DNA of 32,000 nt from Neisseria mucosa (GCA_003028315.1 CP028150.1:332745-364744); one strand, 5' to 3'; shown: positions 1 to 10,272, counted from the first letter of the stretch. Numbers and translations are program-made. Notes: generated by a model not told the origin, from the sequence alone.

Positions 1-1829
1 ACGTATTTAATCGCAGTCAGGCGCGTGTGCAGCAGGTGCGGCACGGTAATCTGTTTCACGCCCAATTTTTTGGCGATACGGTTGGTCAACTCTTGCAGCG
101 AACCGAAGGGGCAGAGCCAGCCGCAGAATGTACCGCGGTTCCACAGCAGCATGGTTGCGGCGGTAAACAGCCACAGGATGAACACAATCGGATCCATCAG
201 GAAGAAGTCCCAACGGAATTCGGTCAGGATGGCGGAGAACAGTGTCAGCGTATTGACGACCGACAGTTGCGCCTGAGCGTACCAACCGATATAGAACAGG
301 GTAAATGTCAGGAATACCAGGCGGAAGCGGTCGTACCATTTCTCATAGCGGACAATCCAGTCTTGGAACAGGAAGACCAAAAGCAGGATGGTCAAGGCGA
401 TGCCGACTACGGCGATTTGTCCCTGTTTCGCTTTCCACACCTGTTTCCAGAGTTGGTTGGATGCACCGTCGTTTGAAGAGGCTTCAGAGGCTTCTTCGGC
501 TATGCCTTTGGTGTCTGAGGCTTGGTCGGCGGCAGGAGCGGCTGCCGGTTCGACTGGCGCGCTGATTTCGACAGGCGGTGCTTTCGGGTCATCGACATAG
601 TAACCTTGAGGCAGCTCGTAATCCAAATCGGCGGTTACGAACGCTTTGTCGTTTACGCTCAGTACGCGTTGAACCATCAACTGCAAACGCCAAGGTTCGG
701 CAGCATCGAATTCCACACCTTCGGGAATCGTAAACCAAGATACTTCTTTAAAGTGGGGCGCGCCTTCGGCTGCCAAATCAACCAAGCGTTCGTGTTGCGC
801 GTCAGTAAAGCGGAAGCTGTTTTCGCCTTGAATCATCTCGATACGGTCGAAAATACCGCCGCGGACATAGCCCGAACCTTTCCAAGAATAACGGCCTTCA
901 CCGGCAACCAAGACAGCTTGTTGACCCGGTTGCAGACGGTTTTGCAGGTTTTTCCAACCTTCCTCGCCCAACAGGCTTTTGCCGATGGAAGGCTGGCTGA
1001 CTACGGCAGTGTACAAATCGATAAAGGTATCGTCGCCTGCGCCTTGTTCGGCGTGTTCGGCAACACCTGCTTTGCCGCCTTTTTCAAACAGCTTGTTGAT
1101 TTCGTCAACAGTAATGTGCAGATGACCGATGGCTTTTTGTTCCAGCAGCGCATTCCAAGATTGGATGTCCTGTTTGTCAGGGTTGACAGCGCGGCGAGGT
1201 CGGGTTTGAGCCGCAGGTGCGGCAGCCTGTTGCGTATCCGCAGCATTGGCGGAGGTCGTCTGAACGGTTTTGTCAGTGCCCAAACCATATTTGCCGGCAA
1301 CAACTTTGAACGAACGCTGGATGCTGTCGTTAATCACCATCAGCGTAACGGTCGCGCCGCTGATGATGTCCCCGGGTGCAACACCCGGAGTAGGCGGATT
1401 TTTAATAAAATTCAAACCGATATACTTATTGATGAATTTATCCACACGCGACTGCGGGATACCAATAAGCATAATCGGCTCATGGTGATCGACCAGCTTC
1501 GCACCGGCGATCGTTCCGTCGTTGGCCAAAGCCATCATCGTATCAATCGGTTTGCTCGAATAGCCGCGTGTATTGACCACGTCCGTCGTGATATACACCA
1601 AGCCCAACTGCTCGTTGCCCTTATAAACACGGGCAACCATAGGCTTGCCTTCAGGCTTGCCATAACGGTCTGCACCCGGAAAAATTTCCGAAGGCTGGAC
1701 TTTTGACAGGAAGTCAGGCAAACGCTCGGCGTAAGCGGGCAGTGTCGAAAACAATAGGACAAATACGGCAAACATCGCCAGCATCGTATTCAAGATGCCT
1801 GATGTGTGTTTCGTTTTTAGGCAGGACAT
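1..1829 (-). CDS. nosR: NosR/NirI-family membrane FMN/Fe-S protein needed for nitrous-oxide reductase expression; first ~609 codons, 3' end beyond the left window edge
   Basis: Hand translation of the reverse strand: ATG at 1829-1827, open to position 3 with no stop. It is missing from the ORF track, and the 394-aa + ORF 522..1706 is its antisense shadow. Product: MSCLKTKHTSGILNTMLAMFAVFVLLFSTLPAYAERLPDF..., then NTRGYSSKPIDTMMAL (FMN-binding domain), TM helices, and WNRGTFCGWLCPFGSLQEL (CX3CP motif). Confidence 0.85.
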   Translation of the reverse strand, partial: MSCLKTKHTSGILNTMLAMFAVFVLLFSTLPAYAERLPDFLSKVQPSEIFPGADRYGKPEGKPMVARVYKGNEQLGLVYITTDVVNTRGYSSKPIDTMMALANDGTIAGAKLVDHHEPIMLIGIPQSRVDKFINKYIGLNFIKNPPTPGVAPGDIISGATVTLMVINDSIQRSFKVVAGKYGLGTDKTVQTTSANAADTQQAAAPAAQTRPRRAVNPDKQDIQSWNALLEQKAIGHLHITVDEINKLFEKGGKAGVAEHAEQGAGDDTFIDLYTAVVSQPSIGKSLLGEEGWKNLQNRLQPGQQAVLVAGEGRYSWKGSGYVRGGIFDRIEMIQGENSFRFTDAQHERLVDLAAEGAPHFKEVSWFTIPEGVEFDAAEPWRLQLMVQRVLSVNDKAFVTADLDYELPQGYYVDDPKAPPVEISAPVEPAAAPAADQASDTKGIAEEASEASSNDGASNQLWKQVWKAKQGQIAVVGIALTILLLVFLFQDWIVRYEKWYDRFRLVFLTFTLFYIGWYAQAQLSVVNTLTLFSAILTEFRWDFFLMDPIVFILWLFTAATMLLWNRGTFCGWLCPFGSLQELTNRIAKKLGVKQITVPHLLHTRLTAIKY

Positions 1830-1865
1830 GGCTGTTCCCGATTATTCGATACTCTAAACATTAAC

Positions 1866-1907
1866 ATTATATGAATCCATTATTTGCAATAATTTGACCT
1901 ATGTCAA
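1866..1907 (-). promoter_or_regulatory. Class II FNR-type promoter of nosR (FNR box plus -10)
   Basis: The minus strand reads TTGACATAGGTCAA (1907-1894; symmetric, 8/10 to TTGAT-N4-ATCAA), then 22 nt, then a perfect TATAAT (1871-1866). This places the box centre near -41.5. The nosR ATG lies 36 nt after the -10. Confidence 0.6.
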
Positions 1908-2101
1908 ATTTACAAATCTTAAAACCAGATTTGGAGGGTATGTAATACTTTATAAGTATATGGATATGGGTCTGATTTCATTACAAATAGAAATAGAAAA
2001 CAAAGTGATTATATGCTTTTGCCTGCTTCTAGATGTCTTGGTTTGGATTGATTATTAGTTGAAATAAACATATGTATTGAATGAGGGCTATCTAAATAAA
2101 G

Positions 2102-2141
2102 AGATCGTCTGAAAACCGAAAAATCAGTTTTCAGACGACCT
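2102..2141. terminator. Inverted DUS pair hairpin, terminator of accD
   Basis: AGATCGTCTGAA (2102-2113, one-base variant) pairs with TTCAGACGACCT (2130-2141). It lies 25 nt past the accD stop, and the sequence after it on the minus strand is T-rich. Confidence 0.6.
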
Positions 2142-2165
2142 TTGTTTAGCTCAAACCTCCCCGGT

Positions 2166-3041
2166 TTAAGCAGCGTTGACTTTGTCTTCGCGGCGCAGCA
2201 GGGTAATCAGGTCGCTGATGCGCTGTTTCATGCTGCGGCGGTCGACGATTTGGTCGATAGCGCCTTTTTCCAGCAGGAACTCTGCGCGTTGGAAGCCTTC
2301 GGGCAAAGTTTCGCGGACGGTTTGTTCAATAACGCGAGGGCCGGCAAAGCCGATAAGGGCGTTGGGTTCGGCAAGCACGACATCGCCGAGGAAGGCGAAG
2401 CTGGCGGATACGCCGCCCATGGTCGGGTCGGTCAGGACGGAGATGAACGGCAGGCGTTTTTCAGTCAGAAGATGCAATGCCGCGCTGGTTTTGGTCATCT
2501 GCATCAATGAGTTGACACCTTCCTGCATACGCGCACCGCCCGATGCGGCAACGCAGATGAAAGAGCAGTTGTCGGCTACGGCGCGGCGTACGCCTTGAAC
2601 GAAGCGTTCGCCGACGACGGAACCCATAGAGCCGCCGATAAAGCGGAATTCGAAGGCGGCAATCACGACGGGCAGGCCGTTCATAAAGCCTTTCATCACG
2701 ACCAACGCATCATCTTCGCCGGTGGCTTTGCGCGCTGCGGCCAAGCGTTCGGGATATTTTTTGCTGTCTTTGAATTTCAGCGGGTCGGTCGGTTTGATAT
2801 TGGCGGCGATTTCTTCGCGACCTTCCTCGTCCAAAAGCAAATTGAGGCGTTCGCGCGCGGAAAGCGGGTTGTGGTGGTTACATTTCGGGCAAACTTGGTC
2901 GTTTTGCTGAAGTTCGGTCGAGTAGATGGTTGCCGAGCAGGAAGGGCATTTGTGCCACAGGCCTTCGGGAACGTTGGACGAGCCTTCGCTTTTACTGCGG
3001 TTTTTGATTTTGGGCGGTAGGATTTTGTCTAACCAACTCAT
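2166..3041 (-). CDS. accD: Acetyl-CoA carboxylase carboxyltransferase beta subunit
   Basis: 291 aa. N-terminal zinc ribbon CPSC..CPKC, then a carboxyltransferase fold ([21 protein letters not shown]). Confidence 0.95.
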   Translation of the reverse strand: MSWLDKILPPKIKNRSKSEGSSNVPEGLWHKCPSCSATIYSTELQQNDQVCPKCNHHNPLSARERLNLLLDEEGREEIAANIKPTDPLKFKDSKKYPERLAAARKATGEDDALVVMKGFMNGLPVVIAAFEFRFIGGSMGSVVGERFVQGVRRAVADNCSFICVAASGGARMQEGVNSLMQMTKTSAALHLLTEKRLPFISVLTDPTMGGVSASFAFLGDVVLAEPNALIGFAGPRVIEQTVRETLPEGFQRAEFLLEKGAIDQIVDRRSMKQRISDLITLLRREDKVNAA

Positions 3042-3100
3042 GGATGACTCCTTGGAATTCGGGATTCAGACGACCTTTGCGTGTGTTTTCGGAAAAGGCC

Positions 3101-3886
3101 TTAACGGATTGCGTCTTTTAATTCTTTTACCAACGCGCCGACGGCTTCTGCTTCGCGGCCTGCGTTATTTTCAATTTCTTTGACGATGCGGCTGCCGACG
3201 ATGACGGCATCGGCAACGGCACCGATTTTGCGCGCGCTTTCGGCGTTGCTGATACCGAAGCCGACACCGATCGGGATGTCGATATACTTGCGCAAAAGCT
3301 CTATTTTACGCGAAACTTCTTCGGTATCCAAACTTGCCGCGCCAGTAACGCCTTTGAGCGAAACATAATAGACAAAGCCGCCTGCAACGCGGGCGATGGT
3401 TTGGATACGCTCTTCGGTCGTGGTCGGGGCAATCAGGAAGATGCAGTCGATACCGCGCGCTTTGAGTTCGTCGTGCAGCGGGGTGATGGTTTCGACAGGG
3501 GAATCAACGGTCAGCACGCCGTCCACGCCCGCTTCGGCAGCCGCTTGGGCAAATGCCTGATAACCCATTTTATGAATCGGGTTCAGATAACCCATCAGGA
3601 CGACGGGCGTGTTGCCGTTTGTTTCACGGAAGCGGCGTACGATGTTCAATACGTCGTTGAGGGAAACTTTGTTTGCCAACGCACGCTCGGCGGCGCGCTG
3701 GATGGTCGGACCGTCCGCCATCGGGTCGGAAAAGGGAACGCCCAATTCCAGGATGTCGGCGCCGTTTTCAACCAAACTGTGCATCAGCGCAAGCGTGGTA
3801 TCGAGATCGGGATTGCCTACGGTAATATAGGGAATCAGGGCTTTTGCGCCGTCAAGCGCGGCAAAGGTTTGCTGGATTCTGCTCAT
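3101..3886 (-). CDS. trpA: Tryptophan synthase alpha chain
   Basis: Track ORF 3101..3985 trimmed to the ATG at 3886 ([13 protein letters not shown]...). Motifs [17 protein letters not shown] and GFGIS. Confidence 0.92.
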   Translation of the reverse strand: MSRIQQTFAALDGAKALIPYITVGNPDLDTTLALMHSLVENGADILELGVPFSDPMADGPTIQRAAERALANKVSLNDVLNIVRRFRETNGNTPVVLMGYLNPIHKMGYQAFAQAAAEAGVDGVLTVDSPVETITPLHDELKARGIDCIFLIAPTTTEERIQTIARVAGGFVYYVSLKGVTGAASLDTEEVSRKIELLRKYIDIPIGVGFGISNAESARKIGAVADAVIVGSRIVKEIENNAGREAEAVGALVKELKDAIR

Positions 3887-4231
3887 CTTGATTTCTCGTT
3901 TCCGTAACGGCTGTTTCCAGCCGGTTTTCATCGACAATAAGTTGGCAAGTATAGCATTGACTGTCTGTTTCGGGCGAAACTGCATGACATTTCCTGATGA
4001 TTTTCTGCATGGAAAGGTCGTCTGAAAAAGGGCAGGGCGGTTGTTTTACTGTTATGGAAGCCGTGATGATTTGAATTGTTGTCCATATCGCGCAGTCGCC
4101 TTCGAAAATGCTTCAACTTTCCCGCCAAATTCCGTTAATTTCCATTAAAGGTCGTCTGAAAGCCTTCGGTGTCATACTTTCTCGGTTATAATAGCCGGTT
4201 TCTTCAATCTGACCCTTTTCGGAAATATATC

Positions 4232-5098
4232 ATGGCATTTGCCTCGCTTTTCACCCTTTTGGACGATATTACCGCTGTCTTGGACGACGTTGCCCTGATG
4301 ACCAAAATGGCCGCGAAGAAAACGGCGGGCGTGGTCGGCGATGATTTGGCGCTCAATGCGAATCAGGTTACCGGCGTGTCGGCAGAACGCGAGCTGCCAA
4401 TTATTTGGGCGGTGGCGAAAGGTTCTTTGGTGAACAAGCTGATTTTGGTGCCGCTGGCTTTGCTGCTGTCTGCCTTTTTGCCGAAGCTGATTACGCCTTT
4501 ATTGATGATGGGCGGGATTTATTTGTGTTTCGAGGGCGTGGAAAAGCTGCTGCATAAGTTTTTACACCGCCACGAAGCGCATGAAGACGAGGAGGCAGAC
4601 GCCGAAACGCTGGACGAAAAAACCAAGATTAAAGGCGCGATTCGTACGGATTTCATCCTGTCTGCCGAGATCATTATTATTGCTTTGGGCGTGGTTGAAA
4701 AATACGATCTGATGACCCGTTCGCTGGTGATGACGGCAATCGGCATCGGTATGACCGCTTTTGTGTACGGTTTGGTCGGCGTTATCGTCAAACTCGACGA
4801 CTTCGGTATGCTGCTGATGCGTCAAAAAAGCACGGGCATTCAAATGGTCGGACGGGGCTTGATTGCCTTTATGCCTTGGTTCATGCGCGGTTTGAGCGTG
4901 GTGGGTACGCTTGCCATGTTCCTTGTCGGCGGCGGTTTGATTATCCACAACTTGGGTTTTTTGCATGATTTCTTACACGCGCAACATTGGGACAGCGGCT
5001 TGATGGAGCATGTTGCTAACCTTGCCGTCGGGCTGATTGCCGGTGCCATCGCCTGCGCTGTTGCGCTGCCTTTGATGAAGCTGTTTCAAAAACACTAA
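4232..5098 (+). CDS. DUF808 (YedI-like) inner-membrane protein
   Basis: Track ORF trimmed to the ATG at 4232 (MAFASLFTLLDDITAVLDDVALMTKMAAKKTAGVVGDDLALNA...), the characteristic DUF808 N-terminus. Several TM helices follow. Confidence 0.8.
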   Translation: MAFASLFTLLDDITAVLDDVALMTKMAAKKTAGVVGDDLALNANQVTGVSAERELPIIWAVAKGSLVNKLILVPLALLLSAFLPKLITPLLMMGGIYLCFEGVEKLLHKFLHRHEAHEDEEADAETLDEKTKIKGAIRTDFILSAEIIIIALGVVEKYDLMTRSLVMTAIGIGMTAFVYGLVGVIVKLDDFGMLLMRQKSTGIQMVGRGLIAFMPWFMRGLSVVGTLAMFLVGGGLIIHNLGFLHDFLHAQHWDSGLMEHVANLAVGLIAGAIACAVALPLMKLFQKH

Positions 5099-5107
5099 AC
5101 AACCGAT

Positions 5108-5159
5108 ACGTCGTCTGAAAATGGTTCAACTTTGTTGAGGCTGTATTTTCAGACGACCT
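5108..5159. terminator. Inverted DUS pair hairpin after the DUF808 gene
   Basis: GTCGTCTGAA (5110-5119) pairs with TTCAGACGAC (5148-5157). The following sequence is T-rich (ctcttattttctttt). Confidence 0.6.
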
Positions 5160-5179
5160 CTTATTTTCTTTTCTCTGCA

Positions 5180-6721
5180 ATGAACATTTTCCGCAAACTC
5201 GAACAATATTGGCAGCATCCTGTGCTGTACTGGCCGCTGGTGATCCTGATTGCCGCCGTCACGCCGTTGACTTTCGCGCCTTATTACCATTTTTGGCTGA
5301 TGCCTTTGCTGTTTGGCGCGCTGATCCGACTGATTGAACTGCGTCCGCGCTTTGCTGTTTCTACCGCCTATCTGTTTGGGCTGGTTGCTTATACGGCACA
5401 GTTTTATTGGATACATACCGCGCTGCACGATGTTTCCGGCCTGCCTAATTTATACGCGGTTCCGCTGACTTTCCTGCTGCCGGCGTTTCTCGCGCTGTAT
5501 CCTGCCGCCTGTTTTTGGTTGTGGAAGAAGTTTCATCTGCCGCGTTGGGTTAAGGTCGGCATCGTTTTGCCGATTTTGTGGACGCTGGCAGAATTTGCCC
5601 GCGAACGCCTGTTGACCGGCTTCGGCTGGGGGGCAATCGGCTATTCCCAAATCGTCAAAGAAAGCCCGCTTGCCGGCTTTGCGCCTTTGGGCGGTATTCA
5701 TCTGGTGACGCTGGCGACGGCATTTGTCAGCGCATGGCTGGTGTTGCTGATTGACAATACGGGTCGTCTGAAACAGCGCCTGCTGCCGATGTGTATGATT
5801 GTTATGTTGTGTACCGTCGGCTATGTCGCCCAGCAAACCGACTTTACCAAACCTGACGGCAGCACCAGTACCGTCGCGCTCGTGCAGGGCAATATCGAAC
5901 AGAGTCTGAAATGGAATGAAGAACAAGTCGTCCCCACCATTCAGAAATACTACGGTCAAATCAGCAAAACATCCGCCGACATCGTTATCCTGCCTGAAAC
6001 CGCTCTGCCTGTAATGCGTCAGGATTTGCCGGAAAACATCCTGACCCAGTTTGCCGAGCAGGCGCGCACGAACGGCAGCGCATTGGCCGTCGGTATCGGT
6101 CAATACACTGCGGACGGCAGCGGATACGAAAACGCCGTAATCAATTTGAGCGACTACGATGATATTTCAGACGACCTCCCGTATTACGCCAAAAATCATC
6201 TGGTTCCCTTTGGCGAATACAAACCGCTGCCCTTTTTGACCGAACCGTTGTATAAGCTGATGAATATGCCGCTTGCCGACTTCCGTCGCGGCGGAGCGGG
6301 GCAGGCTCCCTTGACGATGAAAGATCAAAAAGTCGCCTTCAACATCTGCTATGAAGACGGCTTTGGCGACGAACTCATTGCTACCGCCAAAAACGCTACG
6401 CTGCTTGCCAACGTCAGCAATATGGCGTGGTATGGCGATTCCAACGCGATGTACCAACAGCTCCAGCAATCCCAAGCCCGCGCGATGGAGCTTGGACGCT
6501 ATATGGTCCGTGCCACCAATACCGGTGCAACCGCCATTATTTCTCCCAAAGGCAGCATCATCGCCGAGAGCGAACCCAATACCGATGCCGTCTTGGAAGG
6601 GCATATCAAAGGCTATATCGGCGAAACCCCTTATATGAAGGCAGGCGGTTCGCTGTGGCTGATCGGGGTATTATCAATTATTGCCATCGCACTGTTTTTA
6701 ATCAGGAAAAAAGCAGATTGA
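5180..6721 (+). CDS. lnt: Apolipoprotein N-acyltransferase
   Basis: Trimmed to the ATG at 5180 (MNIFRKLEQYW...). Polytopic N-terminal membrane part plus a C-terminal CN-hydrolase domain (VILPETA, NICYEDGF). Confidence 0.9.
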   Translation: MNIFRKLEQYWQHPVLYWPLVILIAAVTPLTFAPYYHFWLMPLLFGALIRLIELRPRFAVSTAYLFGLVAYTAQFYWIHTALHDVSGLPNLYAVPLTFLLPAFLALYPAACFWLWKKFHLPRWVKVGIVLPILWTLAEFARERLLTGFGWGAIGYSQIVKESPLAGFAPLGGIHLVTLATAFVSAWLVLLIDNTGRLKQRLLPMCMIVMLCTVGYVAQQTDFTKPDGSTSTVALVQGNIEQSLKWNEEQVVPTIQKYYGQISKTSADIVILPETALPVMRQDLPENILTQFAEQARTNGSALAVGIGQYTADGSGYENAVINLSDYDDISDDLPYYAKNHLVPFGEYKPLPFLTEPLYKLMNMPLADFRRGGAGQAPLTMKDQKVAFNICYEDGFGDELIATAKNATLLANVSNMAWYGDSNAMYQQLQQSQARAMELGRYMVRATNTGATAIISPKGSIIAESEPNTDAVLEGHIKGYIGETPYMKAGGSLWLIGVLSIIAIALFLIRKKAD

Positions 6722-6770
6722 GTTTGAAAAGCGGTCTTTTCATAAGGCCGTTTTTCTTGAACTTTAATAT

Positions 6771-6799
6771 TTACATACAAGAATGTTTGTAATATACTG
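6771..6799 (+). promoter_or_regulatory. Candidate sigma-70 promoter of rpoH (long leader)
   Basis: TTTACA (6771-6776), 17-nt spacer, TATACT (6794-6799). This would give a ~190-nt 5' UTR. A second extended -10-like TGATATACT lies closer to the gene. Confidence 0.3.
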
Positions 6800-6993
6800 A
6801 ACTTATTCCCAGTAAAACAGTCAAATTTTCAAAATCAATCGAATTTCAAAAAGCAAGAAAATCCACCTATCAAACAGTCTTTTACAGAAAAAGGCATTTG
6901 ACAGCATACGATAGGGCAACAGGCAGTGATATACTGCACGGCAAACAACAAGTAAACAATAGTTTCTACATCATATAAAGGAAAGCAACTCTC

Positions 6994-7857
6994 ATGAATA
7001 ACGCCTTTGCATTACCCGTCATCCACAGCGGCAACGGCAGCCTTGAGCAATACATTCATACCGTCAACAGCATTCCCATGTTGACGCCCGAAGAAGAAAG
7101 CCAACTCGCGGAGCGTCAGCAAAAAGGCGACCTTAACGCCGCCAAACAACTCATCCTTTCCCATTTGCGCGTCGTCGTCTCCATTGCACGAGGCTACGAC
7201 GGCTATGGCCTGAACCAAGCCGACCTTATCCAAGAAGGCAACATCGGATTGATGAAGGCGGTCAAACGCTACGAGCCCAGCCGTGGCGCGCGCCTGTTTT
7301 CATTCGCCGTACACTGGATTAAGGCCGAAATCCACGAATTTATCCTGCGCAATTGGCGACTGGTACGCGTAGCGACCACCAAGCCGCAACGCAAACTGTT
7401 CTTCAATCTGCGCAGTATGCGTAAAAACCTGAATGCCTTGTCTCCGAAAGAAGCGCAAGACATCGCCGACGATTTGGGCGTCAAATTGTCCGAAGTCATG
7501 GAAATGGAACAACGCATGACCGGACACGACATCGCCATCATGGCGGACAACAACGATGACGAAGACAGCTTCGCCCCCATCGACTGGCTTGCCGACCACG
7601 ATGCCGAGCCCAGCCGCCAACTGTCCAAGCAAGCCCATTACGCCCTGCAAACCGAAGGTCTGCAAAACGCATTGGCGCAACTGGATGACCGCAGCCGCCG
7701 CATCGTAGAAAGTCGCTGGCTGCAAGACGATGGCGGATTGACCCTGCACGAACTGGCAGCCGAATACGGCGTGTCTGCCGAGCGCATCCGCCAAATCGAA
7801 GCCAAAGCCATGCAAAAACTGCGCGGTTTCCTCGCAGAAGAAGCTGAAGCGGTTTAA
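6994..7857 (+). CDS. rpoH: RNA polymerase heat-shock sigma factor sigma-32
   Basis: 287 aa. Sigma-70 regions 2-4 plus the RpoH box QRKLFFNLR. AAAGGAAAG SD upstream. Confidence 0.95.
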   Translation: MNNAFALPVIHSGNGSLEQYIHTVNSIPMLTPEEESQLAERQQKGDLNAAKQLILSHLRVVVSIARGYDGYGLNQADLIQEGNIGLMKAVKRYEPSRGARLFSFAVHWIKAEIHEFILRNWRLVRVATTKPQRKLFFNLRSMRKNLNALSPKEAQDIADDLGVKLSEVMEMEQRMTGHDIAIMADNNDDEDSFAPIDWLADHDAEPSRQLSKQAHYALQTEGLQNALAQLDDRSRRIVESRWLQDDGGLTLHELAAEYGVSAERIRQIEAKAMQKLRGFLAEEAEAV

Positions 7858-7885
7858 AAAACAAAACAGTTCAGTAGAAGGAAAA

Positions 7886-7930
7886 AGGTCGTCTGAAACC
7901 CGAAATATCGGTTTCAGACGAGCTTTTTGT
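7886..7930 (+). terminator. Inverted DUS pair terminator of rpoH
   Basis: AGGTCGTCTGAA (7886-7897) pairs with TTCAGACGAGCT (7913-7924, one-base variant), followed by TTTTGTTTTT. Confidence 0.7.
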
Positions 7931-7969
7931 TTTTCTTGAATCCACCCAAGGTGGTCGGACTTCATTCAA

Positions 7970-8416
7970 TTATGAAGTCAGCGCAGCTTTGAGGATTTTG
8001 TTGACTTCGCCCATATCGGCTTTGCCTGCCAACTGGGTTTTCAATACGCCCATGGCTTTGCCCATGTCGGCCATACCGGAAGCACCGGTCATGGCTATTA
8101 CGGTTTCCACAGCAGTGCGGATTTCTTCGGCAGACATCATTTGCGGCAGGTAGCGGTGCAGGATTTCGATTTCGGCATTTTCTTTGTCCGCCAAGTCCTG
8201 ACGGCCTGCTTCGGCGTAGATGTTGGCGCTGTCTTTGCGCTGTTTGACCATTTTGGTGATGATGGCAATCACTTTGCCGTCATCGGCTTCGGTGCGCTCG
8301 TCCACTTCAAATTGTTTGATGGCGGCATTGATGAGGCGGATGGTGCTTAACGTAGTTTGATCTTTGGCACGCATCGCGGTTTTCATGTCTTCGGTTAATT
8401 GTGCTTTCAGGCTCAT
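7970..8416 (-). CDS. yqeY: GatB/YqeY-domain protein
   Basis: 148 aa, MSLKAQLTEDMKTAMRAKDQTTLSTIRLINAAIKQFEVDE..., typical of the YqeY family. Confidence 0.85.
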   Translation of the reverse strand: MSLKAQLTEDMKTAMRAKDQTTLSTIRLINAAIKQFEVDERTEADDGKVIAIITKMVKQRKDSANIYAEAGRQDLADKENAEIEILHRYLPQMMSAEEIRTAVETVIAMTGASGMADMGKAMGVLKTQLAGKADMGEVNKILKAALTS

Positions 8417-8479
8417 AGGATGACTTTCAGGAAAAATGGAAGATGGTATTGCACATACTGCCTTAGGGATTCTCTATTT

Positions 8480-8513
8480 TTCAGACGACCTTTTGTCTTA
8501 CAGGTCGTCTGAA
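8480..8513. repeat. Inverted DUS pair between rpsU and yqeY
   Basis: TTCAGACGACCT (8480-8491) pairs with AGGTCGTCTGAA (8502-8513). Confidence 0.8.
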
Positions 8514-8550
8514 AAACAAAACACACCGCAGGTCAAGCCTTGCGGTGTGT
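8511..8550 (-). terminator. Intrinsic terminator of rpsU
   Basis: The minus strand reads ACACACCGCAAGG-cttgac-CTGCGGTGTGT followed by TTTGTTTTT, starting 34 nt past the rpsU stop. Confidence 0.7.
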
Positions 8551-8583
8551 TTCGGCATCACAGGGCAGACCTGCAATTGATGT

Positions 8584-8796
8584 TTAGTACATTTTAGGAG
8601 GCAGTTGTTGGCTGCGCAGGCGTTTTTGCAGGCGTTTTACGGCTGCGGCTTTTTTGCGTTTGCGCTCGGTAGTCGGTTTTTCGTAAGCTTCACGGGCACG
8701 CAGCTCAGTCAACAGACCGGTTTTTTCTACGGCACGTTTGAAACGGCGCATGGCTACTTCGAAGGGTTCGTTCTCTTTAACGCGGATTGCAGGCAT
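8584..8796 (-). CDS. rpsU: 30S ribosomal protein S21
   Basis: Track ORF trimmed to the ATG at 8796 ([42 protein letters not shown]..., 70 aa). AAGGAA SD upstream. Confidence 0.95.
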   Translation of the reverse strand: MPAIRVKENEPFEVAMRRFKRAVEKTGLLTELRAREAYEKPTTERKRKKAAAVKRLQKRLRSQQLPPKMY

Positions 8797-9157
8797 TTTA
8801 TTTCCTTTAAATTTAATTCTGGTTTCAAACCGCCAAAAGGGATAAGGATAAAAGGGGCGGTTTGTAAAAAAGTGGTTGTTTGTATCTCGGGTGTCTTGCG
8901 ACCGGCGGGATACGCGCCGTGATGTAAACATCACCTCCTAACAAGTCGGCTTGGTGCCAAATATGCCGTCGATGCGGCTGCAAATGAATTGCGGGATTAT
9001 CTTTGATTAGACAGTTTCTGTCAAGCTGGGGGATTGTCTAAAAAACAGTGTCAGAGTTTCGGAAGCCTTCTTCAAACATCCGACACCAATCGCATTAATT
9101 TGCGTATAATGGCGCAACTCCCGATTAACCGACTATGTCAATAAGGAATACCACACC

Positions 9158-9469
9158 ATGACCTCTATTCATGACCAAATTAAAGAAGTTGTTACCACTC
9201 ACCGTGTTGTTTTGTTTATGAAAGGCACGAAGCAGTTCCCGCAATGCGGTTTCTCATCCCGTGCCGTTCAAATTCTTAATGCCGCAGGTTGCACCGATTA
9301 TGTAACCGTTAATGTTTTGGAAAACGATGCCGTCCGCCAAGGTATTAAGGAATACAGTGATTGGCCGACCATCCCCCAACTTTACGTCAACGGGGAATTT
9401 GTCGGCGGTTCCGATATTTTGATGGAAATGTTTGAAGCCGGCGAATTGCAAGATTTGCTGAAAGCCTGA
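9158..9469 (+). CDS. grxD: Monothiol glutaredoxin (Grx4 family)
   Basis: 103 aa with a CGFS active site ([13 protein letters not shown]) and [16 protein letters not shown]. Confidence 0.92.
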   Translation: MTSIHDQIKEVVTTHRVVLFMKGTKQFPQCGFSSRAVQILNAAGCTDYVTVNVLENDAVRQGIKEYSDWPTIPQLYVNGEFVGGSDILMEMFEAGELQDLLKA

Positions 9470-9483
9470 TGAAATATAGCAAA

Positions 9484-9516
9484 AGGTCGTCTGAAAAATT
9501 TTTCAGACGACCTTTT
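9484..9516 (+). terminator. Inverted DUS pair terminator of grxD
   Basis: AGGTCGTCTGAA (9484-9495) pairs with TTCAGACGACCT (9502-9513), followed by TTT. Confidence 0.7.
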
Positions 9517-9595
9517 GCCGTGTTCTGCCTGCTTTTCCGAATATTCAAAAAAAAGTATAATCACACCCATTCAAAAACAATCCGAAGCCTGCCAA

Positions 9596-10222
9596 ATGAA
9601 CGTAACCGTTATCAATCACCCCCTTGTCCGCCACAAACTCACGCTCATGCGCGAGGCCGATTGCAGCACTTACAAATTCCGCACCCTCACTACCGAGCTG
9701 GCACGCCTGATGGCTTACGAAGCCAGCCGTGATTTTGAAATTGAAAAATACATTATCGACGGCTGGTGCGGTCAAATCGAAGGCGACCGCATCAAGGGCA
9801 AAACCTTGACCGTCGTACCGATTTTGCGTGCCGGTTTGGGTATGCTCGACGGCGTGCTCGACCTGATTCCGACTGCCAAAATCAGCGTGGTCGGATTGCA
9901 GCGCGACGAAGAAACGCTCAAACCCGTTTCCTATTTTGAAAAATTCGTGGACAGCATGGACGAACGCCCCGCGCTGATTATCGACCCCATGCTCGCGACC
10001 GGCGGCTCTATGGTGGCCACTATTGATCTGTTGAAGGCGAAAGGTTGCAAAAATATCAAAGCGTTGGTACTCGTTGCCGCGCCCGAAGGCGTCAAAGCCG
10101 TCAATGAAGCGCATCCCGACGTTACCATCTACACCGCCGCCCTCGACAGCCATTTGAACGAAAACGGCTACATCATCCCCGGCTTGGGCGATGCGGGCGA
10201 TAAGATTTTCGGTACGCGCTGA
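9596..10222 (+). CDS. upp: Uracil phosphoribosyltransferase
   Basis: Trimmed to the ATG at 9596 ([20 protein letters not shown]...). PRPP-binding loop [12 protein letters not shown] and C-terminal [16 protein letters not shown]. Confidence 0.95.
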   Translation: MNVTVINHPLVRHKLTLMREADCSTYKFRTLTTELARLMAYEASRDFEIEKYIIDGWCGQIEGDRIKGKTLTVVPILRAGLGMLDGVLDLIPTAKISVVGLQRDEETLKPVSYFEKFVDSMDERPALIIDPMLATGGSMVATIDLLKAKGCKNIKALVLVAAPEGVKAVNEAHPDVTIYTAALDSHLNENGYIIPGLGDAGDKIFGTR

Positions 10223-10233
10223 TTCGTGATTTG

Positions 10234-10272
10234 AGGTCGTCTGAAACTGAATGTATGGGTTTCAGACGACCT
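10234..10272 (+). terminator. Inverted DUS pair terminator of upp; its 3' end is the left prophage junction
   Basis: AGGTCGTCTGAA (10234-10245) pairs with TTCAGACGACCT (10261-10272). Confidence 0.7.

Noticed and set aside
522-1706. 394-aa + strand ORF, the longest ORF the track lists in the first 2 kb
   Set aside because: Its translation is low-complexity and Arg/Phe/Gln-rich with no motifs. The opposite strand encodes an uninterrupted NosR frame with clear motifs, so this is an antisense shadow.
1960-2058. 32-codon hydrophobic mini-ORF (MDMGLISLQIEIENKVIICFCLLLDVLVWIDY) in the 335-bp AT-rich spacer between nosR and accD
   Set aside because: No SD and no supporting context. AT-rich spacers readily give such frames by chance.
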